A DNA stretch of 63,931 bases, counting the filler, from an uncultured Methanosarcinales archaeon (GTDB lineage Archaea > Nanobdellota > Nanobdellia > Woesearchaeales > CAYXTQ01): NCBI GenBank assembly GCA_964608065.1. It is 3 parts of 3 records of this genome, joined end to end, with 100 filler letters (N's around TTAATTAATTAA, not from the genome) between each part and the next. Parts side by side here need not be neighbours in the genome. Positions count along the whole stretch, not along the records: positions 1 to 29,072 come from CAZSMA010000004.1; positions 29,173 to 58,211 come from CAZSMA010000005.1; 1 more part is not named here. The stretch is one strand, 5' to 3'. Positions 20,068-29,855 of this stretch are shown piece after piece. How positions within the stretch are numbered: the first letter of the stretch is position 1; each line of letters begins with the position of its first letter. Below the pieces are notes generated by a model. That model did not search any database. It was given only the letters and a program-made list of their open reading frames with translations, and had not been told where the DNA came from. A program made the translations under genes and the position numbers.

Positions 20068-20832
20068 TTATTTCTTAATCTCACAGCCACCAGCAGGCAA
20101 AGCTCTAACAATCTCATCTAAATCTCCACCTATCTTGTGCCGGATATACTTAGCTACTTTGCTGGTCTTCTCCCTGCCTTGCATTACTTCAACAAATTTT
20201 TCACAATTTTTCTTTATTGCCGAAACAGGACCTGCCATTATCTTCCCATCTTTAAAACCAACAGCTAAATTAATCTTATTCTCAATATATTCTAATTTTC
20301 CTTTTGTTATAAAACCACCCTTAGGAACATACTCTCCTGAAGGAGCTTCTTTTGTTAGTTGATCAGGACTTGCCATAAACGTAGGAGTTGATGTTAACCC
20401 TAATCTCCATGCTCTGGAAAAAGTTACAGTTGCATCAGCAGCTTCTTTAATACTTGATTTTACCTTCTTACCCTCAGTTTTAATCAAAAAAAAAGGACTT
20501 CCAGTCATATCAGTATGAAATACTAAATCATTCTTCTCAGTGTGCTTCTTAATCAAAATCTCATTAGTTGTAGCATCTCTCCCGCCAATAACCAAAAAAC
20601 CCTCTGAAGAAATAAACCATCTGAACTTATCATACCATTCTTTCTTTACATCCTTTTTCTCAACCTTTATTTCATCAGTTTTCTTCTCTTTCTCTATTTT
20701 CCTTAATTTCTTCCTGCTTTCTTCCAAAGCAGCTAAAGCGCCTTCTAACTTCTTCTTAAACTTCTTAGCTTTATCAAAGTAAATACCAGCATTCTGTTCA
20801 ATATTACTCTTTAAATCTAGTTCTATCTTCAT
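20068..20832 (-). CDS. NFACT RNA-binding domain protein (DUF814, RqcH/Rqc2-like fragment)
   Basis: WYDKFRWFISSEGFLVIGGRDATTNE, FHTD..GSP, APSGEY..KGGF. Confidence 0.88.
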   Translation of the reverse strand: MKIELDLKSNIEQNAGIYFDKAKKFKKKLEGALAALEESRKKLRKIEKEKKTDEIKVEKKDVKKEWYDKFRWFISSEGFLVIGGRDATTNEILIKKHTEKNDLVFHTDMTGSPFFLIKTEGKKVKSSIKEAADATVTFSRAWRLGLTSTPTFMASPDQLTKEAPSGEYVPKGGFITKGKLEYIENKINLAVGFKDGKIMAGPVSAIKKNCEKFVEVMQGREKTSKVAKYIRHKIGGDLDEIVRALPAGGCEIKK

Positions 20833-20869
20833 ATAAACTAAAGAAATAAAAACTATTATTTAATATGTT

Positions 20870-21240
20870 GGAAATATACCACTGATTTCTAACCAGTGGA
20901 TGAAATCCATTATCTGAAACCCATGGTGCTATATTTCCGAGTGTTCAAAATCCATTTGGGATTTTTAACAAACCAAAAATTCACTTTGTGAATTTTTCAG
21001 TTCATGCTCAAAAACCACTTAATATCATTGTGCATGTAGCAACATCCTCGAAAATCTAAGATTTTCGGGACACCGAAAATGCAAAGCATTTTCCAGTGTG
21101 TAACCCATCTGTGATGTCATGAAAATCAATAGATTTTCAGGACACAGAAAACCTACAGTTTTCTCGTGGGTGGTTTTTGACACTTACTCAATCATCTCAA
21201 TATTAAGACCTTCAGGCAGAGGAAATCAGAGATTTCCTGG
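20870..21240. repeat. Array of nested palindromes; MITE/REP-like element with 11-bp IR TCAAAAACCAC (21008-21018) / GTGGTTTTTGA (21170-21180)
   Basis: Hairpins GAAAATC-TAA-GATTTTC, GAAAATGC-AAA-GCATTTTC, AAAAATTCAC-TTT-GTGAATTTTT, GGAAATC-AGA-GATTTCC; same IR pair inside truD. Confidence 0.75.
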
Positions 21241-21273
21241 TCATTCAGGACTCTATCATAAATAACTCAAGAA

Positions 21274-21582
21274 TTATTCTATCATTTCTATTTCGATGTT
21301 GAGTCCTTCAGGGATTGGAACTCTCATAACAAGCCTTAAAGCTCTTTCATCTACTCCTAAATCTATCAATCTTTTATGTATTCTCATCTCATATCTTTCC
21401 CATGATGCTTTGCCTTCACCAGAAGGAGATTTTCTTGTAGTAATCTTTAATTTCTTAGTAGGTAAAGGAATAGGACCTCTTAATTCAACCCCTGTTTTTT
21501 CAGCTATATCTTTAATATAATTACATACATCATTTATCTTGTTTATTTCTGTACTTGCTAGTTTAATTCTTGCTTTGGGCAT
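21274..21582 (-). CDS. rps10: 30S ribosomal protein S10/uS10
   Basis: [38 protein letters not shown]. Confidence 0.96.
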   Translation of the reverse strand: MPKARIKLASTEINKINDVCNYIKDIAEKTGVELRGPIPLPTKKLKITTRKSPSGEGKASWERYEMRIHKRLIDLGVDERALRLVMRVPIPEGLNIEIEMIE

Positions 21583-21690
21583 TTTATTATAATCTCTCCA
21601 ACAGGAGTTTACTACATGATAAACTGGGTTCACCATGACCCCAGTTAAGGGTTTTAATCTAAATTAAAATAATAAAAAAAAAAAAAAAAA

Positions 21691-22986
21691 TTACTTTTTA
21701 ACTAATTCTTTCTTGACTAAATCAATACACATACCAGCTGCAACTGTAGACCCAGAATCTCTTACTGCAAATCTTGACATTTGTGGAATCTCTTTCTGAG
21801 TTTCAATTACTAAGGGTGTGATTGGTTTTATCTTAACTATTGCAGCATCTCCGTTCTTTATGAAATCTGGTTTCTCTGCTATAGTCTCACCAGTTGCTGG
21901 GTTTAATTTCTTTGTGATTTCAGTAATCTGACAAGCAACCTGTGCTGTGTGTATATGGAATACTGGCGTATAGCCAATAGTTACAACAGTTGGATGGTTT
22001 AGAACAACAATCTGCGCTGTGAATTCTGAAGCAACAGTAGGTATATTATCAGAATGTCCTATTACATCTCCTCTTGCAATGTCTTTCTTTCCAAAACCTC
22101 TTACGTTGAATCCGATATTATCTCCAGGTTCTGCTGATTGCAGTTGTTCATGGTGCATCTCTATTGTCTTGACTTCTCCTGCAACACCTTTTCCTTCTCT
22201 TCCTGGAACTGCTATGATCTTGTCTCCAACTTTCATGACCCCAGTTTCAACTCTTCCAACTGGTACAACACCAATTCCTGTGATGTTATAAACATCCTGG
22301 ATAGGTAATCTTAATGGTAGGTGTGTTGGTTTTTCTGGTGGTATCAATGTGTCTAATGTTTTTAATAGTGTTTCTCCCTTATACCATGGTAATTTGTCAG
22401 ATTTCTCTACAATATTTTCTCCAACTAAAGAAGCCATTGGAATAAAAGGAATCTTGCTTGGATCATAGCCAACAGTCTTCAATAATGCTTCCATACCTGC
22501 TTTTATCTTGTTAAATACTTTTTCATCGTAATCTTTCATATCCATCTTGTTAATCGCAATTATCAGTTGATTAACACCTAATGTTCTTGCCAAGAAAACA
22601 TGCTCTTTTGTCTGAGCCATAATTCCGTCATTTGCTGCTACAACTACAACACCAGCATCAGCTTGTGCTGCGCCTGTAATCATGTTTTTAATAAAATCTT
22701 TGTGGCCTGGTGCATCAATAATTGTAAAATAGTATTTTGGTGTTTCAAACTTCTTGTGAGCCAAGTCAATTGTAACTCCTCTTTCTCTTTCTTCCTTTAA
22801 GTTGTCCATGACAAATGCAAATTCAAAGCCAGCTTTACCTAGCTCTTTTGCTTTTTCCTTTAACTTTCTCATGGCATTTTCATCAATATTTTTTGTGTCA
22901 TATAGCAACCTACCTACACTTGTAGATTTACCATGATCAACATGTCCTATAAAGACTAAATTTATATGTATTTTTTTATTAGCCAT
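21691..22986 (-). CDS. tuf: Translation elongation factor EF-1alpha
   Basis: [26 protein letters not shown]. Confidence 0.97.
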   Translation of the reverse strand: MANKKIHINLVFIGHVDHGKSTSVGRLLYDTKNIDENAMRKLKEKAKELGKAGFEFAFVMDNLKEERERGVTIDLAHKKFETPKYYFTIIDAPGHKDFIKNMITGAAQADAGVVVVAANDGIMAQTKEHVFLARTLGVNQLIIAINKMDMKDYDEKVFNKIKAGMEALLKTVGYDPSKIPFIPMASLVGENIVEKSDKLPWYKGETLLKTLDTLIPPEKPTHLPLRLPIQDVYNITGIGVVPVGRVETGVMKVGDKIIAVPGREGKGVAGEVKTIEMHHEQLQSAEPGDNIGFNVRGFGKKDIARGDVIGHSDNIPTVASEFTAQIVVLNHPTVVTIGYTPVFHIHTAQVACQITEITKKLNPATGETIAEKPDFIKNGDAAIVKIKPITPLVIETQKEIPQMSRFAVRDSGSTVAAGMCIDLVKKELVKK

Positions 22987-23210
22987 TTTATACATTCCTC
23001 CACATATTTTGTATTAAAATAGATGTCGTAAGGAAATAAGGAGTGGTTTATAAAGTTTGTGGTTTAAAGGTGGTAAATCATTGTTTTTTATATAGGGATA
23101 TTAATTATTTTCTATATTGAAAGAAATTAAATTATTTTTTAATTAATTTTATTGATTTATTATATTAAATTCAGAGAAAGAAAAGAAAAATAAAAAAGAA
23201 ACAAAAAAAT

Positions 23211-25382
23211 CTAAACACCTAACTGAGAATCTGTCAATCCTTTCCTGTCTTTGATCAGTTTGATTATCTTTATCTGCAATTCTCCAGGTAGTCTCTCAAA
23301 TGTCTGGTCAACTAAAGATGAATTTCCTCTACCACCTGTTGTTGATCTTAAATCATTGCTCCATCCAAACATCTCTCCAACTGGAATCTTTGCTTTAATA
23401 ACAACCAAAGCGCCTTCCTGGTTCATATCCAATAACTGTCCTCTTTTATTAGCAACTAATTTTGATAAATCTCCCATATAATCAGCAGGAGCTTCAATTC
23501 TTTGGACTTGTAAAGGTTCTAGCATTGAAGGAGCAGCAGTCATCATACTTCCTCTTATACCTTCTCTTACTGCAGGATACAATTGAGCAGGACCTCTGTG
23601 AATTGCATCTTCATGTAATTTACAATCCATCAGCATAACTTTAACTTTTGCACATGGCTCTTTAGCTAATGGCCCTTGCTTCATAACATCTTCAAACATA
23701 TCCATTACCATTTCTATTATTTCTCCAATATGAACAATACCTCTTGTCATATCAACTAATATATTTCCATTGAATATTTCTTTTACTTTGTCTGCTGTTT
23801 TTGCATCATAACCGCACTCTAATAACACTTCTCTAACCTTTGCATCCTTTTTCTTGATTCTCATTTCTGGAATTTTTCCATCTTTTATAGCCTTATACAC
23901 TTCATTCTCTATTGGTTCAACTTTAAAGAATAAATGATTGTGTTTATTTGGACTTTTCCCCATTATCTCCTGTCCTGGTTTGTTGATAGTCTCTCTGTAA
24001 ACAACTATTGGTGAAGAAGTTGAAACGTCAACACCTTTCTCAGACTTAATCCTGTTTTCAATAACTTCTAAATGCAACTCTCCCATCCCGTGCATTAAAT
24101 GCTCTCCAGTTTCTTCATTGATTTCAATCTGAACAGTTGGATCTTCTTTTCCAACCTGTCTTAGAACTTCAATCAACTTTGGCAGATCACTTGGCCTTTT
24201 AGCTTCTATAGCTTTTGTAACAACAGGATCAAAAATATGTTTTATCTGTTCAAATGGTTCTGTTTCTGTGTCAGAGATTGTCTCTCCAGCATGCGATTTA
24301 ACACCAGCTATTCCAATAAAGTTTCCAGCAGGAACATTATCTACTATCTCTCTTTTAGCTCCGTTGTAAATAAAAACTTGCTGGACTCTTCCTGGCTTCT
24401 TAGCCCTGTTAAGATATATCTCTGTTCCTTTTTTCATTGTTCCTGAAAACAATCTTCCGGCAGAAATCTCTCCAGCTTGCGGATCAATAACAATCTTAGT
24501 AATAACGAAAAATAAAGGCCCGTCTGGATCACAACCAACCAATGCCTTTCCATCAGCACCTTCCAAATCACCATGCCATATTACTGGAATTCTTATTGGC
24601 TGAGCTTCTTTTGGATTAGGCAGATGCTTGATAACCATATTAAGAACAACTTCATGAAGTGGTGCTTTATCTCTTAATTCTTTATAATTATCACCTTCAT
24701 AAGCATCAATAATCTCTTTAAAAGTTATCTTATTCTTCTGCATGTACGGAATACTAAGGCCCCAATTATGGAAAGCAGAACCAAAAGAAACACTACCTTC
24801 CTGAACATTAACATGCCACTTGGTCTTATACTCTTTTGAAGCAATATCTGAAATTAAAACATTAACATCTTTGATTATCTTGATAAACCTTTCCTGCATT
24901 TTTTCAGGAGTTAACTTAACTTCCCTGATTAGCCTATCAACCTTGTTAATAAAAAGAACAGGCTTTACATTTTCTTTTAGCGCTTGCCTAAAAACTGTTT
25001 CAGTCTGCGGCATTACACCTTCAACAGCATCTATAAGTACAATAGCACCATCAACTGCTCTCATAGCTCTTGTAACGTCACCGCCAAAATCAACATGACC
25101 AGGTGTATCTAATAGATTAATTAAATATTCAGTATCTCCAAATTTATGAACCATAGAAACAGCAGCAGTATCAATTGTAATTCCTCTTTCCTGTTCATCC
25201 TCATGAAAATCCATCTTTAATGCTCTGCCTGCATCTTCCTTGCTCATCATTCCTGCTCCTGAAAGTAAGTTATCAGTAAATGTAGTCTTACCATGATCAA
25301 TGTGAGCTGCAATTGCTAAATTCCTAATTTTAATAGGATCCTTCATTAATTTTGTAACTTTGTCAACCATCTTATCTGCCAT
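23211..25382 (-). CDS. fusA: Translation elongation factor EF-2
   Basis: AHIDHGKTT, DTPGHVDF, canonical diphthamide loop HEDAIHRG. Confidence 0.97.
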   Translation of the reverse strand: MADKMVDKVTKLMKDPIKIRNLAIAAHIDHGKTTFTDNLLSGAGMMSKEDAGRALKMDFHEDEQERGITIDTAAVSMVHKFGDTEYLINLLDTPGHVDFGGDVTRAMRAVDGAIVLIDAVEGVMPQTETVFRQALKENVKPVLFINKVDRLIREVKLTPEKMQERFIKIIKDVNVLISDIASKEYKTKWHVNVQEGSVSFGSAFHNWGLSIPYMQKNKITFKEIIDAYEGDNYKELRDKAPLHEVVLNMVIKHLPNPKEAQPIRIPVIWHGDLEGADGKALVGCDPDGPLFFVITKIVIDPQAGEISAGRLFSGTMKKGTEIYLNRAKKPGRVQQVFIYNGAKREIVDNVPAGNFIGIAGVKSHAGETISDTETEPFEQIKHIFDPVVTKAIEAKRPSDLPKLIEVLRQVGKEDPTVQIEINEETGEHLMHGMGELHLEVIENRIKSEKGVDVSTSSPIVVYRETINKPGQEIMGKSPNKHNHLFFKVEPIENEVYKAIKDGKIPEMRIKKKDAKVREVLLECGYDAKTADKVKEIFNGNILVDMTRGIVHIGEIIEMVMDMFEDVMKQGPLAKEPCAKVKVMLMDCKLHEDAIHRGPAQLYPAVREGIRGSMMTAAPSMLEPLQVQRIEAPADYMGDLSKLVANKRGQLLDMNQEGALVVIKAKIPVGEMFGWSNDLRSTTGGRGNSSLVDQTFERLPGELQIKIIKLIKDRKGLTDSQLGV

Positions 25383-25408
25383 TTTAAATAATCCTCCTTA
25401 AAATTCAA

Positions 25409-25888
25409 TTAACAAGTATGTTTTTCATGACATGTCTTGTATGAATGCATTTCTTCTTTCTTAAACCATAAATCAACTTCTTTTTTAGCCTCTTCTTTTG
25501 TTCCAGAAGCATGAATCAAATTCTTTATAGACATTTTTTTCTTGTCTGTATATTCATAAGAATGCACTGCAAAATCTCCTCTTATTGTTCCTGGCGCAGC
25601 TGTTTTAGGTTCTGTTCCTCCAACAATTTTTCTTACAATCTCAACTGCATGCAATCCTTCAACAGCCATTGCAACAACAGGACCAGATATGATAAATTCT
25701 TCTAAATATTTGTAAAAATGTTTGTCTAAATGAGCTGAATAATGTTTTTGTGAAAAGTTTTTGTCAACCCACACCATCTTCATACCTGCCATCTTTAATC
25801 CAGCCTGCTCAAATCTAGAAATAATCTGACCCATAATGCCTCTTTCAACAGCATCGGGCTTAAGTAAAACTAAAGTTCTTTCAATCAT
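25409..25888 (-). CDS. ndk: Nucleoside diphosphate kinase
   Basis: ERTLVLLKPDAV, PGTIRGDF, NLIHAS. Confidence 0.96.
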   Translation of the reverse strand: MIERTLVLLKPDAVERGIMGQIISRFEQAGLKMAGMKMVWVDKNFSQKHYSAHLDKHFYKYLEEFIISGPVVAMAVEGLHAVEIVRKIVGGTEPKTAAPGTIRGDFAVHSYEYTDKKKMSIKNLIHASGTKEEAKKEVDLWFKKEEMHSYKTCHEKHTC

Positions 25889-26076
25889 TTTTTAGAACCC
25901 CCCTTTTGTTTTTCATAAAACTCAGTCCATTTTAATTCACGACCTTTACGTTTTAATTTGATTGTATTTTTCTCGCATTTAGATGAACAAAAGTGCAAAA
26001 GCTTTCCATCTTTCTTTACAAACAGAACTCCAGTTCCTCTATCAATTTCATTACCACAAAAACTACATTTTGTCAT
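25885..26076 (-). CDS. rpl24e: 50S ribosomal protein L24e
   Basis: CSFCG..GTG..KKDG..FCSSKC..KWT. Confidence 0.95.
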   Translation of the reverse strand: MTKCSFCGNEIDRGTGVLFVKKDGKLLHFCSSKCEKNTIKLKRKGRELKWTEFYEKQKGGSKK

Positions 26077-26077
26077 T

Positions 26078-26374
26078 TTAGCTCTGACCTCTTCCACCAC
26101 TTCTTGATAACGGCCTTGCCTCGAATTCAGTTTCTCTTAGCATTAATAGATCTCCTATCTGGACAGGACCTTTAACATTCCTTCTTATTATTTTGTTAGC
26201 ATCCCTTCCATCTAATACCTTGCATCTCACCTGGACTGCTTCTCCTCTCATTCCTGTCCTTCCAATAACTTCTTCTACTCTTGCAGGTGTTGCCTGTGTA
26301 AAACTAATTTTTTTTTTTTCTACTTTTGTCTCTTCTCTTCTTCTCCTTCTTTGTGGTTTTTGCTCTTGCTCCAT
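26078..26374 (-). CDS. rps28e: 30S ribosomal protein S28e with charged N-terminal extension
   Basis: IGRTGMRGE..QVRCKVL..RNVKGPV..GD.L.LRETE. Confidence 0.93.
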   Translation of the reverse strand: MEQEQKPQRRRRREETKVEKKKISFTQATPARVEEVIGRTGMRGEAVQVRCKVLDGRDANKIIRRNVKGPVQIGDLLMLRETEFEARPLSRSGGRGQS

Positions 26375-26384
26375 TTTAACGCCT

Positions 26385-26726
26385 TTACTTCTTAAGCTTT
26401 GAAGAAATTTCCTTTAAAATATCCTTTGCTTCCCCTTCCTGGATTATTGTAACACTTGCAGTTCCTACTTCTAATCCTGCAGCTGCTCCAAGTTCTTCTT
26501 TTGTTGGAACCTGTACACATAAAACACCTTTTTCTTCGCAAAGCATTGGTATGTGCATTGTTATTTCTGGTGGCGAAACATCTTTTGCTACTGCAACTAA
26601 TTTAGCAACTCCTCTTTCAATCTGTTTAGTTGTTTCATTAGTTCCTTTGCTGATTTTTCCAGTAGCTTTAGCTACTTCAATTGCTTCAAAAACCTTATCA
26701 ACAAGTTCTTTTGGTAAATCTTCCAT
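26385..26726 (-). CDS. rpl7ae: 50S ribosomal protein L7Ae
   Basis: KGTNETTK.IERG.AKLV..A.DV.P.EI..H.P.LCEEK. Confidence 0.96.
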   Translation of the reverse strand: MEDLPKELVDKVFEAIEVAKATGKISKGTNETTKQIERGVAKLVAVAKDVSPPEITMHIPMLCEEKGVLCVQVPTKEELGAAAGLEVGTASVTIIQEGEAKDILKEISSKLKK

Positions 26727-26819
26727 TTTATTTGCCTCCGAAAATTTTAATTTGAGGATGGTACCGGGAATCTTTGATTTCCAAGTACCTCCGATTTTAC
26801 TGAGGAATAAGAATTATTT

Positions 26820-26853
26820 CCTCATTCAGGCCTTAGCCTTCATTATTCATAGG
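26820..26853 (-). promoter_or_regulatory. Tandem kink-turn in rpl7ae 5' leader (L7Ae autoregulation site candidate)
   Basis: Minus strand CC-UAU-GA-AU-AAU-GA-AGGC-UAAG-GCCU-GA-AU-GA-GG: two 3-nt bulges each followed by tandem G.A pairs. Confidence 0.7.
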
Positions 26854-26930
26854 TATTGCTTTAGAAATAAGGATTTATTTAAAAAGGTTTCTGTTATTTT
26901 TTTTCTTTCTTTGGTTTCTGTTAAAATTCA

Positions 26931-27377
26931 TTAGTGGTCCAATTTTTTTTTTACATAGTCTTCTTTTAGACCTAACTCTTTCATAAACCTGTCAATGGCA
27001 CTAGTATCACTGTGAGAAATCCAAGTAGGTATATTCTCAATTATTTTCCATTCACCATCAGATTTTACAAGAGAATACATAAATCCTTGAGATACGTGAC
27101 CCTTCCATCTTAAATAAACGTCTGCAATAGCTGCGTTTTCTGCTAAATCCAATTCTGTTACAATGCTGATACCTTTTTCATACCATTTTTTTAGATTTTC
27201 TTGGGTCACAAAGCCAGGACCCTCTAATCTGTAACATTTCATGGGGCCTAAGTATACTCCAACAAATCCGATTATGCATTCTCCTTCTTCATATGGCCTT
27301 TTAAATAGTTTAGTCTGAGATATCAAATTTTCAAGATCTGTTTTTACTAATTCTTTTAAGACTTCTTCCTCATACAT
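26931..27377 (-). CDS. Hypothetical protein flanked by direct repeats
   Basis: ORF about 148 aa from MYEEE; repeats at 26878-26928 and 27401-27424. Confidence 0.6.
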   Translation of the reverse strand: MYEEEVLKELVKTDLENLISQTKLFKRPYEEGECIIGFVGVYLGPMKCYRLEGPGFVTQENLKKWYEKGISIVTELDLAENAAIADVYLRWKGHVSQGFMYSLVKSDGEWKIIENIPTWISHSDTSAIDRFMKELGLKEDYVKKKLDH

Positions 27378-27448
27378 AATGGGTTGAGAAGTCAAATCAT
27401 TTTAAAAAGGTTTCTGTTAAAATTGATTAATGGTTTTTACTAATGTTA

Positions 27449-27826
27449 TCACTTTGATTTCCACAATCCATGTACATTGCAGTATTCTCTTGCTGTTATT
27501 TTATCTGCCTTTATGCAGAATTCAGCTTCTGGCTTTTCATTTGGCTTTAAGAATTTCTTGAAATGTTTTCCATCCGCAATTGCTTCAATCCATTCTATAT
27601 AATGTTTTTCTTCCATTGGATGCGGAACACTTCCAACTTTAACTATAACTTTATTTCCTTCAAACTCAATAACAGGAATATGTTTCTCCATACCTTCATC
27701 TTCTGTTTTTTCTTTTAATAATTCCATTGGTTGTCCGCAGCAAACTAACTCTCCAGCACCAGAATGCAAAACTTCTACAATATTTCCACAAATATTGCAT
27801 TTATAGATTTGGTTTAATTCAGTCAT
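27449..27826 (-). CDS. dfx: Desulfoferrodoxin (2Fe superoxide reductase)
   Basis: [33 protein letters not shown]. Confidence 0.95.
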   Translation of the reverse strand: MTELNQIYKCNICGNIVEVLHSGAGELVCCGQPMELLKEKTEDEGMEKHIPVIEFEGNKVIVKVGSVPHPMEEKHYIEWIEAIADGKHFKKFLKPNEKPEAEFCIKADKITAREYCNVHGLWKSK

Positions 27827-27827
27827 T

Positions 27828-28343
27828 TTATAACCTCTCTTCAGATAATTTCAAATGATCTTCCTCAACTTCAATTAATGCTTCAAATATCTGCTTTACT
27901 CTCTCATTCTCAGATTCTGCTGCTGCTTTTTTGTAGAATCCAATAGCTCTTGTCTCTCTTTTATGAGAATCTTCTAAATCTTCTTTATAATCAACAGAGC
28001 ATTTGTCATCTGCTTCAGGAATTGAATCTAATTTCAAGACTTTTTTCCATATAGAAGCATGCTCTGCTTCAACTTTTCCAAGAGCTTTAAACAGTTTCTG
28101 TCCTTCAGTTTCTTTTACACTTTTTGCAGCGCAGAAATAAAAAGCAGCATTACTGACTTCCACCTGTAAAGCATGCTCAGCATTTGCTTTATCTTTTTCA
28201 CTTAACTCGACATCAAAATTAACTTCTGCTTTTTCAAACTCTTTAATATATTTTCTTTTTGCTCCGCAAAACGGACAATTAGCTGGAGCTCCATCACCAA
28301 TATAAGGATCTCCGCAAATCTCACATCTCCATAATTTTACCAT
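27828..28343 (-). CDS. Rubrerythrin-family protein (N-terminal rubredoxin-like plus ferritin-like)
   Basis: WRCEICG..CPFCGA; E..H motifs EAEH and EEDH. Confidence 0.88.
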   Translation of the reverse strand: MVKLWRCEICGDPYIGDGAPANCPFCGAKRKYIKEFEKAEVNFDVELSEKDKANAEHALQVEVSNAAFYFCAAKSVKETEGQKLFKALGKVEAEHASIWKKVLKLDSIPEADDKCSVDYKEDLEDSHKRETRAIGFYKKAAAESENERVKQIFEALIEVEEDHLKLSEERL

Positions 28344-28366
28344 TATATTCACCCCTCTAAGTTTTA

Positions 28367-28795
28367 TTACATAAACAATCCTTTCAAATCAAAAAACAAA
28401 GCTATAATCAAAGCTACTATTGAAAAAAAAGCTATGAAAAAGAAATTCAATCTATCCTTTTTTGAAGTTAAAGAGCAAAAAATTGAGTTAACCACAGAGC
28501 AATCTTCTTTTGTAAGAACTTCCTTCTTCTGCAATTTCCTGAAAATCTCACTTTCTTTTATTCTTTTAGCTCTTTTATGATCTGCTCTGAACTTGAACAA
28601 GAAGAATATAAAAAAACCAAGAACACCAACATACCATGCCAATTTACCATATAATGGATTGATTAAATTTAATGGCTGAATAACTCTCATCCCAATTGTT
28701 GCAATTATACCTATTAAGAATAAAATCCATGCCCATCTTGATTCTTTACATTCCAGATTGACTGCACATGTTTCACTACTTTCTTTTTCTTTCAT
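28367..28795 (-). CDS. Hypothetical membrane protein (3 TM)
   Basis: Hydrophobic segments; inside oxidative-stress cluster. Confidence 0.7.
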   Translation of the reverse strand: MKEKESSETCAVNLECKESRWAWILFLIGIIATIGMRVIQPLNLINPLYGKLAWYVGVLGFFIFFLFKFRADHKRAKRIKESEIFRKLQKKEVLTKEDCSVVNSIFCSLTSKKDRLNFFFIAFFSIVALIIALFFDLKGLFM

Positions 28796-28808
28796 CTAAA
28801 CCTCTTAA

Positions 28809-29042
28809 TTATAACCCTAAAGCAGACTCAATCTTAGGTTTATCAAAACCTACAATGATCTCTCCTTCAATGTCAATTACTGGAACTCCTATTTGTCCTG
28901 ATTTTTCCATCATTTCTTTTGCTGCTGCTTCATTACTGCTTACATCAATATCTTCAAACTCTACATTCTTTTCTTTCAAATATCCTTTTAATTTTATACA
29001 CCATGGACACGTTGGTGTTGAATAAACTTTTACTTTTTTCAT
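28809..29042 (-). CDS. Glutaredoxin-like protein (NrdH/YruB type)
   Basis: YSTPTCPWC, GVPV, IVGFD. Confidence 0.92.
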   Translation of the reverse strand: MKKVKVYSTPTCPWCIKLKGYLKEKNVEFEDIDVSSNEAAAKEMMEKSGQIGVPVIDIEGEIIVGFDKPKIESALGL

Positions 29043-29072
29043 ATTATTCACCTCATACCTTTCCAATCAAAT

Positions 29073-29172
29073 NNNNNNNNNNNNNNNNNNNNNNNNNNNN
29101 NNNNNNNNNNNNNNNNTTAATTAATTAANNNNNNNNNNNNNNNNNNNNNNNNNNNNNNNNNNNNNNNNNNNN
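29073..29172. other. Artificial contig-join linker
   Basis: N-run, TTAATTAATTAA (stops in all six frames), N-run; 100 nt. Confidence 0.97.
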
Positions 29173-29601
29173 CACAATCATAGTTCTTGTTTTATCAATA
29201 CCATCTATTTCTCTTAGTTTTTTAATTATGAAGGTGTTTAGTTCATCAATATCTTTGATTCTTACTTTTACTAGTATATCTGTTTCTCCTGTCATTATGT
29301 TGACTTCTTCTACCCCTTGTAGTTTTTTTATGTTTTTTGCAACAACTTCTTGGTCAATTTTTTTTCCAGATGGTAACACATAGTTTACAGTAACTAACAC
29401 ATATGTTAAAATTCCTTTTCCAAGTTTTTTGTGGTCTAATATTAAAGTATAGCCTTTTATTATTCCAAGATTTTCCAATTTTTTTATTCTGTTATGTATA
29501 GTAGTTATTGGAATATTTATTTTTTTAGCTATTTGCTGTGTTGTTAGTTTACTGTTATTTTTCAGCTCGTCTAATATCTTCAAGTCCTTTTCATCTATCA
29601 T
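29173..29601 (-). CDS. Lrp/AsnC family regulator (3' end cut by linker; completed at 63862-63876)
   Basis: IDEKDLKIL..HNRIKKLE..GIIKGY; divergent from asnA. Confidence 0.92.
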
Positions 29602-29855
29602 GATATTATGGAAAAATATTCCATTTTATTTAAATATTTCGGTTTTTTTTGTAATATTTTTCATATTTTTAGGAATAGGTTTAAATAGAAGATATCTATC
29701 GCAAAAGGTCATGAAAAAGATAAAACAATTATTGAGTTTTAGTATAGTATTTTTTGATTTTAATAATTGTTAGAGTTCTTTGCATTTTAAGGTGATTTAT
29801 CATGGGCTGTCAAAGCTGTAAAATCAATCTATTAGACTATTCAAAAGGTGATGAA

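Noticed and set aside
20870..21240. CRISPR array
   Set aside because: No constant-length identical repeats with regular spacers and no cas genes
29073..29172. TTAATTAATTAA within N runs as a biological repeat (also 58212-58311)
   Set aside because: Standard six-frame-stop concatenation linker
29711..29773. Leader peptide MKKIKQLLSFSIVFFDFNNC as Asn-sensing attenuator for asnA
   Set aside because: Only two Asn codons, expected by chance in AT-rich DNA; no clear terminator/antiterminator
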